From IMG/VR virus record IMGVR_UViG_3300037041_001770, positions 1 to 50,154 of that record: a DNA stretch of 50,154 nucleotides; one strand, given 5' to 3'. The translations under genes were made by a program, and so were the position numbers. The stretch is from a virus (lineage: Duplodnaviria; Caudoviricetes). Positions 35,850 through 42,664 of this stretch are shown one piece after another (the stretch's first letter is position 1; each line of letters starts with the position of its first letter). Under the pieces are notes generated by a model, which worked only from the letters and a program-made list of their open reading frames with translations, did not search any database and had not been told where the DNA came from.

Positions 35850-36140
35850 TTACCACTCCTTTGGCCCGATCATGCGCTTAAGGGCTTTTCTGGTATCGGC
35901 GTTTTTTACAAAATTTATCTGAATTGAACACTTATCGGGATCAACTTTAGCAATCCCAAAATACACTAGCGCCCTAACCCAAGATTCGGCTGGCCAACGC
36001 CTTTCACCGCGAAAGTAAAACCATGTGCTTGTAAGTTTGACGCCGCTATCTTCTGAGAAGTGGGCTAAATTAAATTTCTTCTCATTCTTTTTGCACCACT
36101 CTTTTTTGCATTCATCGATCAAAATATTAGGTGATTCCAT
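35850..36140 (-). CDS. HTH-like protein
   Basis: LAHFSEDSGVKLTSTWFYFRGERRWP resembles XRE-type HTH. Confidence 0.55.
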   Translation of the reverse strand: MESPNILIDECKKEWCKKNEKKFNLAHFSEDSGVKLTSTWFYFRGERRWPAESWVRALVYFGIAKVDPDKCSIQINFVKNADTRKALKRMIGPKEW

Positions 36141-36143
36141 GTA

Positions 36144-37043
36144 TTACGCTCCTATCTTATCTTTAACGCTAGATATCTTTTCATTCAGGCTATCTAGTGT
36201 GTTTTTTATATTATCTATGTATCCCTTATCAAGCTGCTCATAGCGTGAATTGAGTAGAAGTTCATTTAGCATGATTTCAGCTTCTGAGCACGCCCTAATC
36301 ACCCTTTGAGTTGTGATTATAGCTTCCAATAGTCTTTTATCGTCAACTTGCGGAGCGTGTTCTTTTTCTTTTTTAGATTTTTTAATCTGCTCCTTATTTT
36401 TAATCGCGTTCACATAATCTTTAATGATCATTTTTGTTTCTGCAATTGAAGTCCCTTTAACTTTTTCGAGTATTCGATTCTGTTCGTCAACTGGTAGCTT
36501 GACGATTTCATCAATTTGGCTAGAAGTGATTTCATCAGACTCATAAGAAAGCCTGACCTCTTCGCTCGCGCCTTCAACCCGCTTTGTAAGCTTCCTAACT
36601 TTATCCTCCGATATTCCTGTCTTTTCTGCTGTATCAGTTGCAAATGATTTAGGCTCTTCGTCATCTTTCGGCCCTCTTTTAGTGGATTGTGGATGAAGTA
36701 GCTCATAAATTCTGCGCCTTTCGGCTAGTGCTTTTTCAAAGTCCTTTTCATTCAGATTTTTAGCTTCAATATTTTCGTCGATATGCGCCAGTCTTTCATG
36801 CATCTCAGAATCAAATATTGTGATAAGAGCGGGGATTTTATCCCAACCAAGGTCTTTACAGGCTTGAAGCCTACGATGGCCGGAAACTATCTGAAATTCG
36901 CTGTTGACGGTAATAGGGTGATGAAGTCCAGTCATCAAAATACTTGCCTTGAGGGAATTGATATCGGCCTTGATGATAGAATTTCTTATATTCCAATTTT
37001 CTCTGATTTTAATATCACAGATGTTTATTTTTATGATTTCCAA
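36144..37043 (-). CDS. ParB-like protein (ParB N-terminal domain plus HTH)
   Basis: LKASI..GLHHPITV...IVSGHRRLQA...DEN; TAEKTGISEDKVR HTH. Confidence 0.88.
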   Translation of the reverse strand: MEIIKINICDIKIRENWNIRNSIIKADINSLKASILMTGLHHPITVNSEFQIVSGHRRLQACKDLGWDKIPALITIFDSEMHERLAHIDENIEAKNLNEKDFEKALAERRRIYELLHPQSTKRGPKDDEEPKSFATDTAEKTGISEDKVRKLTKRVEGASEEVRLSYESDEITSSQIDEIVKLPVDEQNRILEKVKGTSIAETKMIIKDYVNAIKNKEQIKKSKKEKEHAPQVDDKRLLEAIITTQRVIRACSEAEIMLNELLLNSRYEQLDKGYIDNIKNTLDSLNEKISSVKDKIGA

Positions 37044-37045
37044 CT

Positions 37046-37372
37046 TTATCCTCCAAATGCTTCAATGACAGTTTTTAAATCCCTTGCGATCACAACAAAT
37101 ACGCCAAACTTTTCTAGCTCTCTTATTTCATTTTTCTGGCCGTCCGATAGCCTCCCGATTTCTGTCTTAACTTCTATCGCAAAAAGCTTGCCTGATTTGT
37201 CGTTATAGATCCCGAAAATATCAGGTTGACCGGCGTTAGGGTTTTTTGCGAAATAACCACCCTTAATTAATTTTGGGCCTAGGTAGTTTTTCCAAACTTT
37301 ATGACCCTTGAGGGAGAGCCAGTCTAAGATTTCTTTTTGTATTTCCGACTCTTTTTGATGATTGATCGACAT
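37046..37372 (-). CDS. VRR-NUC domain nuclease/resolvase
   Basis: ESEIQ..I, GQPDI, AIEVKT..GRLS..Q. Confidence 0.88.
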   Translation of the reverse strand: MSINHQKESEIQKEILDWLSLKGHKVWKNYLGPKLIKGGYFAKNPNAGQPDIFGIYNDKSGKLFAIEVKTEIGRLSDGQKNEIRELEKFGVFVVIARDLKTVIEAFGG

Positions 37373-37886
37373 CTCGACTAAGTCCCTCGATAAGCTGTTG
37401 AGTTTTTCCACTAGGCAAAGCTTGGGTGAAATCATAGTTTGACCTCAAAAGACTTGCTGCATTGTCTTTGATCGTGTTTTGCATGTAAGATAGATTGGCG
37501 TCTGATATTGCATCAGAAAGATGTTGCCAGCCTCCCATAAGATTTACAACCTTCTCGCCTTCTGGTCCGATGTAGGCCATAGCTTCCTTATAGTTGTTCC
37601 AACCAAATTTGCGAATAGCGGCAATGATATTCATCGCAATGATACTTGAGCGCGTGGAGTCATCGATTTGACCTTTCCCAGCGACAAGATGAATTTCTCT
37701 GAGAGAGGGGAAGTGATCCGCTTTTTTAATGTGCCGATCAAGAGCAATCTTTAATTCGTCAAAAGAGTAATTTTTTAGCTCTTGAAAATAATACCAAGCT
37801 ACCTCTGGCTTTGTGAAATCCGGCGCTCTCCATGGCTGAATTGCTGCGTACGCTCGCATAAGTCCCATGAACTTTTCCCTGTCCAT
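37299..37886 (-). CDS. Helicase loader/inhibitor (G39P-like)
   Basis: WYYFQELKNY...ALDRHI...HFPSLREI; VVNLMGGW; downstream of the initiator. Confidence 0.7.
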   Translation of the reverse strand: MDREKFMGLMRAYAAIQPWRAPDFTKPEVAWYYFQELKNYSFDELKIALDRHIKKADHFPSLREIHLVAGKGQIDDSTRSSIIAMNIIAAIRKFGWNNYKEAMAYIGPEGEKVVNLMGGWQHLSDAISDANLSYMQNTIKDNAASLLRSNYDFTQALPSGKTQQLIEGLSRDVDQSSKRVGNTKRNLRLALPQGS

Positions 37887-37910
37887 AGCATCCTTTCAAC
37901 AGTGAAAAAA

Positions 37911-38861
37911 TCATTCGAAAGGATTTACCCAATCAGATGATTCAACTTCGTAAAATGGATTGTCTGAGTTAATTCTCTTTTTCAATTGCAATAGTATATT
38001 ATCAATTTTACGAAGTCCATTCTTACTTACGTTCAAAAGACTCATGGGTGAAATTGCGTTCTCTTTCCAAAAATCATTATTTTTTACGAACTGAAATAGG
38101 TTTTCTATCCCGCTTTCATTGAGAGAAACTGATTTAGCAATTTTCAATAGCCCCTGATAAAATTTTTCTGGTGAAATATTCTCTTTGAGCCATGGTGCTT
38201 TTACGAGTGTCCATTCATGCCAATTAATAGCCGTGCTCATAATTTGATCATTGATATTTTTCTCATGGGGAATTTTCTTCTTTGTAATAGTTGGGCTTTT
38301 TCGTTTTCGCTTGACAGGGGTATTTGATAGGTCTAGATCATGCATTACTTCTTCGAAGCTAGAACCTTCGGTTGGGTTTGAATCCGCTGCTGAAACTGAT
38401 ACTCGCTGCAAATCTTCGGAGTCTAAATCGCATTCCCCCAAGCTCGCTAGCGCGAGTAAATCGCTTCGCAAGCTACGCGATTTAGGGGCCCTCCTTGATA
38501 GGAAATAATCAAACAGTGAAATTAAAGATTCGAGCATTAAGATTTGGCTCGGCTTAGATACAGACTCACGGGCATGGCTGAGATAGTTCAAGAGTGGATC
38601 AAGGGAATCAGATACAGACTCTCGGCCTACAGGAAGGCCGATAGATTCATTGCACTCTGATGATGGTGACAGGGTAGAGATGAAAGAAGGATTCAATGAC
38701 TTATCGCGCATGGCGTCTGAATTGCTCAAAAAAACATCACTTTGAATCATCCTCACAAAGCCGCAATCTGATAAAAATTCTAAATATAAAAGTTCATGCT
38801 CTTCGAGTTTAAGTTCAATTCCATCGAAAGTTACGACGGTTTTTTTGCTTGTAGCTCTCAT
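37911..38861 (-). CDS. Putative replication initiator
   Basis: C-terminal DFWKENAISPMSL motif; upstream of the loader; Ser-rich middle with DNA repeats. Confidence 0.65.
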   Translation of the reverse strand: MRATSKKTVVTFDGIELKLEEHELLYLEFLSDCGFVRMIQSDVFLSNSDAMRDKSLNPSFISTLSPSSECNESIGLPVGRESVSDSLDPLLNYLSHARESVSKPSQILMLESLISLFDYFLSRRAPKSRSLRSDLLALASLGECDLDSEDLQRVSVSAADSNPTEGSSFEEVMHDLDLSNTPVKRKRKSPTITKKKIPHEKNINDQIMSTAINWHEWTLVKAPWLKENISPEKFYQGLLKIAKSVSLNESGIENLFQFVKNNDFWKENAISPMSLLNVSKNGLRKIDNILLQLKKRINSDNPFYEVESSDWVNPFE

Positions 38862-38901
38862 TTTTTCCTCAAATGTTTGTAATTATTGATAAATATTTTG
38901 G

Positions 38902-38942
38902 TATGCCATAGTTTCGCGTGATTCACGCGAAACTATGGCATA
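38902..38942. repeat. Perfect 41-bp palindrome (20-bp arms, 1-nt centre)
   Basis: TATGCCATAGTTTCGCGTGA-T-TCACGCGAAACTATGGCATA. Confidence 0.95.
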
Positions 38943-38988
38943 GTTGAAAGAATTCATTTTTACATTTGTAATTTAAAAAAGTAATTTA

Positions 38989-39753
38989 TTATTTTTCTGG
39001 TTCATTTTCTGATGGGATTGCTTCGGGAAGTTCAAAAAGAAGTTTTTGCAGAACTTTCCATCGACCTTTTAATCTTTCTTCCCTAGTCTCTGCACTTATT
39101 ATAGTTATGATCTGATCAAGCGGCTTTCCGGTGAGCGCAATCCAATCGACGTTCTCAGTTGTCGAAACGAGATTTATCATCTCTTCTTTCATTTTTGTAA
39201 CTTTTTGCTGCTCGGCTTCACTGATTATTTCTTGAGCATGTTGTTGCTCTTGATTCGGTCGCTGCTTACCTTGATTTGGTCGCTGTTGCTGCTGTTGTCT
39301 CTGCTGATTATCGTGGTAGACCATATCATCATGCAAGGGTGAATCCTTGTCGGGATCTTCAATTTCAGAAACGGGAATCATGAACACTTGAAAGAGCGCG
39401 TATTTGTGGGCAATGCTCATGCACTTGTTTGTCGTTTTATCGCTTCCATAATCCGCGCTCTCGCCCCAAACGGTACATTCAACGAATGATCCATCGGGCG
39501 CACAAAACTTGTAAGAAATTTCTAAAATCTGATGCCAACCCTCTTGGCCCTTCGCACTCTTTATTTTTTCCCGAAAAATGATCTTTTTGATTTCAGGAAG
39601 GCAAAAAATCCCGTGCTTCTTTACTGCACTATGAACCGCGTTGTAAACGTCATCAACTCCCCTAAACTTATATCCCTGTGAATTATTTTTTTGCATCTTA
39701 TCCACAGCGCCGATATCAGCCAAAACCGCACCCATTAACTTGTAAATTTCCAT
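38989..39753 (-). CDS. erf: ERF-family single-strand annealing recombinase
   Basis: GYKFRGVDDV, GESADYGSDKTTNKCMSIAHKYAL...F.IP...DPD. Confidence 0.9.
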   Translation of the reverse strand: MEIYKLMGAVLADIGAVDKMQKNNSQGYKFRGVDDVYNAVHSAVKKHGIFCLPEIKKIIFREKIKSAKGQEGWHQILEISYKFCAPDGSFVECTVWGESADYGSDKTTNKCMSIAHKYALFQVFMIPVSEIEDPDKDSPLHDDMVYHDNQQRQQQQQRPNQGKQRPNQEQQHAQEIISEAEQQKVTKMKEEMINLVSTTENVDWIALTGKPLDQIITIISAETREERLKGRWKVLQKLLFELPEAIPSENEPEK

Positions 39754-39784
39754 TTTTTCTCCTAATTTTGATTGTCTTAAGCTT

Positions 39785-39818
39785 TTACAAATGTAATTTT
39801 ATGTAGCTATTTTGTCAA
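39785..39818 (-). promoter_or_regulatory. Sigma70 promoter of the ERF/replication operon with an operator over -10
   Basis: Minus strand TTGACA-N17-TACATT; the TTACATTTGTAA palindrome (39785..39796) overlaps -10. Confidence 0.75.
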
Positions 39819-39914
39819 CACAAATGATAACAAACAGCCAAAACCTAAAATACTTTTCAGCACATATATTTTTATCTCTATTGACTCCGATAGATTTATA
39901 ATTGTAAAACACCA

Positions 39915-39987
39915 ATGAACTAAAAAATTTCCTGGTTTTAGTCTTGTGCTGAGGTTCGATTGTTTTACAACAATCGGGCCTTTTTTT
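39915..39987 (+). ncRNA. Candidate small RNA ending in an intrinsic terminator
   Basis: TTGACT and TATAAT/TAAAAC upstream; no ORF; UCUUGUGCU then hairpin AGGTTCGATTGTT/AACAATCGGGCCT plus T run. Confidence 0.4.
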
Positions 39988-40057
39988 ATAATTGCAAATG
40001 GCGCAAGACTCGCATAGAAAGAGCATGATATTATTTAATCTGAAAAGAGGTAAAAAA

Positions 40058-40381
40058 ATGACCGCCAACGATATTAAAAATGAATTTCAAACTATGCAAA
40101 TAATTGCAAAAAAACTGCTTAATTTATCTGATGAACAAAGGGCGCGGGTTATCAACTTCCTTCTTCAGTCAGTTTCTGAAGAAAGCAGCGACGCTCAAAA
40201 TGAAATCAAGACAATTGGGTTTTGCCTTTCCAAACTTGAGAAGCTTGGCAAAGACGAAAGCAACGCCGTTGTTAAATTTCTGGTTGATCGGTTCATGGCG
40301 ACACGCTGCGAAAAATCAGAAGTAGAGACAAGTGAGCCAGAAGCAGAAACCGAGCTTTGGGAAGACTTAGAGGCAAAATGA
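40058..40381 (+). CDS. Hypothetical protein with an internal duplication
   Basis: GAGG RBS; two similar helical units (LLNLSDEQRARVINFL / LEKLGKDESNAVVKFL). Confidence 0.7.
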   Translation: MTANDIKNEFQTMQIIAKKLLNLSDEQRARVINFLLQSVSEESSDAQNEIKTIGFCLSKLEKLGKDESNAVVKFLVDRFMATRCEKSEVETSEPEAETELWEDLEAK

Positions 40382-40845
40382 GCGAAGTAAAAGCTGCAAC
40401 TCTGCAACAATTCATTGCAGCAAAAACCCTCGATAATCTTGACAGGGTTCTCCTTAAGTATTCAGTAGAATATCCCAGCCTTGACGCGGTCAAACTTTCA
40501 AAAATGCTTAACATCGGTGTGAAAGTTATTCGTTCAAGGCGAGGTGATCCCCTTTTCCAGTTAGAGCTTCAAAGACTATCGCGTACAACTGACTCACTTC
40601 TTGAAGAAGCTGCAAAAAAAGCAACGCTCAGACTTATTGAGCTGATTGACTCCTCAGACCCAGACATCGCCCTTGCCGCGTGCAAGCTGGCACTTACTCG
40701 TAAGATGCAAGAACTTCCCGAAAACACTCAGCGCCGCATCATTGCATATCAAACAAGCATCAGCCCCGACGGAACTTTGTTACAAGAGATTGTACAAGAA
40801 GAGCTTTCTGGGCATATTATTGATGTTGAGTGTTCATCCAAATAA
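40378..40845 (+). CDS. terS: Putative terminase small subunit
   Basis: N-terminal HTH and helical core; upstream of terL; ATGA overlap. Confidence 0.65.
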   Translation: MSEVKAATLQQFIAAKTLDNLDRVLLKYSVEYPSLDAVKLSKMLNIGVKVIRSRRGDPLFQLELQRLSRTTDSLLEEAAKKATLRLIELIDSSDPDIALAACKLALTRKMQELPENTQRRIIAYQTSISPDGTLLQEIVQEELSGHIIDVECSSK

Positions 40846-40863
40846 AAACAAAAGGGGGTTTTC

Positions 40864-41076
40864 TTGCCTCTACACATGCTTGTAGCAATCGGCGATACCA
40901 TCAATATTGGCGATGAAATCACTATCAAATATGTCAAGCGCATGGGTAACAATGTTGGGCTTGCGATAACCGCACCAATATCTATAAAAATCAATCGTAT
41001 CAAAGGGGATCAAAATGCCAGAAAGCAAGACAGAACTAACGGCGATAGTGGGGGAGTTAATCGAGGTAGGGATTAG
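40864..41076 (+). CDS. csrA: CsrA/RsmA-like RNA-binding protein
   Basis: GDTINIGDEITIKYVKRMGNNVGLAITAPISIKINR follows the CsrA pattern GExIxIGDxIxI...VxLxIxAPxxxxIxR. Confidence 0.8.
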   Translation: MPLHMLVAIGDTINIGDEITIKYVKRMGNNVGLAITAPISIKINRIKGDQNARKQDRTNGDSGGVNRGRD

Positions 41077-41290
41077 CTATTTCAGCCGGTGCGGTAACAA
41101 AGCAAAGATTTTGGAGTACAAGGAAGTAGTTGTCAGTGGCAAAATTGTTTATCAGTACAAGGGTCAAATCATCGCGGTGATTCCTGGACATGAAATTTTG
41201 CTCTATAAAATGCATTGGTATGATGCCAAAGGAAAATGGCTTAAAAATCCTGGAGGGATTCACGACCTTGTCAGAAAAGCAAACAGCTAA
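41015..41290 (+). CDS. Hypothetical protein
   Basis: AGGGG RBS; YxTRxGxKA-like small phage domain. Confidence 0.6.
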   Translation: MPESKTELTAIVGELIEVGISYFSRCGNKAKILEYKEVVVSGKIVYQYKGQIIAVIPGHEILLYKMHWYDAKGKWLKNPGGIHDLVRKANS

Positions 41291-42650
41291 ACCAATTATC
41301 GTCACACCACCCAAGGCTCATAGTAAAAAGCAGCAATTTATCTATTCTGCTTTCGGATACCCAAGCATTAGAGAAGTTTGGGTATGCGCGGGAACCAAAT
41401 TTGGTAAAACGCTAGCGGCCTCCGCTTGCCAAATCAATTACGCACTCCCGCGCCCCAATACCAAACATCGATGGGTCGCCCCTATTTACGCTCAGACTCG
41501 CCAGCCAATGGAATATTTTGAAAGGATTCTGCCAAGCGGGGATCACAGAAAGATTAACAAAGGCGAGAATGTTATCTATCTCCCGCACACCAATAGCCGA
41601 ATCGAATTCTGGCACTCGCAAAGCCCAAGCTCCTTAGAGGGTGATGGTATCCACTCGTATGTTTTCGATGAAGCGGCGCGGCAACCTCCCGACATAAAAT
41701 CATCGGCGCGAACGACTACCACAAAAACCAAAGGGCCGATGATATTCATCTCATACCCGTATGGTAAAAACTGGTTTTATGATGGATGCATGGAAGCTCA
41801 AGACCATATGCTTTGGGCCTTCAAAAATAATAAACCCTATGAAAAAATCTTCCTTCACGCCCGTACCGCAGATAATCCAACAATCGACCCGCAGGTCATC
41901 GAAAACGCAAAAAAAGAACTTCCTTGGAGGCTTTTTAGGCAATTTTATCTTGCCGAATTTGTGGATGATGGTGCGGTATTCACCAATATTGATGGCTGTA
42001 CCTTCGGCGAAAAGTTCATCTTAACCGGCGAAATTCATCAGTGGTTCGATCCATCATTCAAGGAATACTCGGTTGTCATTGGGGCCGACTGGGCTAAAAA
42101 ACAGGACTTCACGGTTTTCATTGCTATCGATATGGCAAGCGGTAGGGTAGTTGGAATCATGAGATTTCACCGAAAGCCTTATACCGAGCAAGTAAGAATT
42201 TTGGCATTTTTTGCGAGAAAGTTTAAATATGTCGAAATGATACTTCACGATAAGACGGGAGTAGGCGAAGCGATTGATGACAATCTGGCTTATATCAATC
42301 AACCCTATCGTGGTATAATTCAAACAAATAGCCTTAAAGCAGAACTGATGATGAAACTCATTACCGGATTTGAGCAGGGGCAAATAAAAATACCATTTTG
42401 GTCAGAAATGATTGGTGAACTAAGAGCATATGAAGTTAAGGTAAATGCACTCGGTACTACACAATACGGCGCTCCTTCTGGTAAGCATGACGATATTGTT
42501 TCAAGTCTCGCCTTTGCTTGGTATGGGTATGAAACGTATTCAGAACACGACATGCAGGTTAAGTTTTTAGATGATTTGCAAAGCGAATCTCAAAACGATA
42601 AAACAGAGTTAGAGCAATACTATAATGATATGATGGAAGATGATTTTTAA
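41268..42650 (+). CDS. terL: Terminase large subunit
   Basis: Walker A AGTKFGKT, WVAPIY, Walker B VFDEAA, nuclease GADWA...DFTV, HDD; likely TTG start at 41268 after GGAGG. Confidence 0.95.
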   Translation: MSEKQTAKPIIVTPPKAHSKKQQFIYSAFGYPSIREVWVCAGTKFGKTLAASACQINYALPRPNTKHRWVAPIYAQTRQPMEYFERILPSGDHRKINKGENVIYLPHTNSRIEFWHSQSPSSLEGDGIHSYVFDEAARQPPDIKSSARTTTTKTKGPMIFISYPYGKNWFYDGCMEAQDHMLWAFKNNKPYEKIFLHARTADNPTIDPQVIENAKKELPWRLFRQFYLAEFVDDGAVFTNIDGCTFGEKFILTGEIHQWFDPSFKEYSVVIGADWAKKQDFTVFIAIDMASGRVVGIMRFHRKPYTEQVRILAFFARKFKYVEMILHDKTGVGEAIDDNLAYINQPYRGIIQTNSLKAELMMKLITGFEQGQIKIPFWSEMIGELRAYEVKVNALGTTQYGAPSGKHDDIVSSLAFAWYGYETYSEHDMQVKFLDDLQSESQNDKTELEQYYNDMMEDDF

Positions 42651-42664
42651 AAAAAGGGTATCAC

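Noticed and set aside
38902-38942. Definite telRL hairpin-telomere site
   Set aside because: No protelomerase recognised and the palindrome has an unpaired centre; kept only as an alternative
39799-40068. 89-aa minus-strand ORF in the divergent control region
   Set aside because: It overlaps promoters, operators and the hairpin; implausible composition
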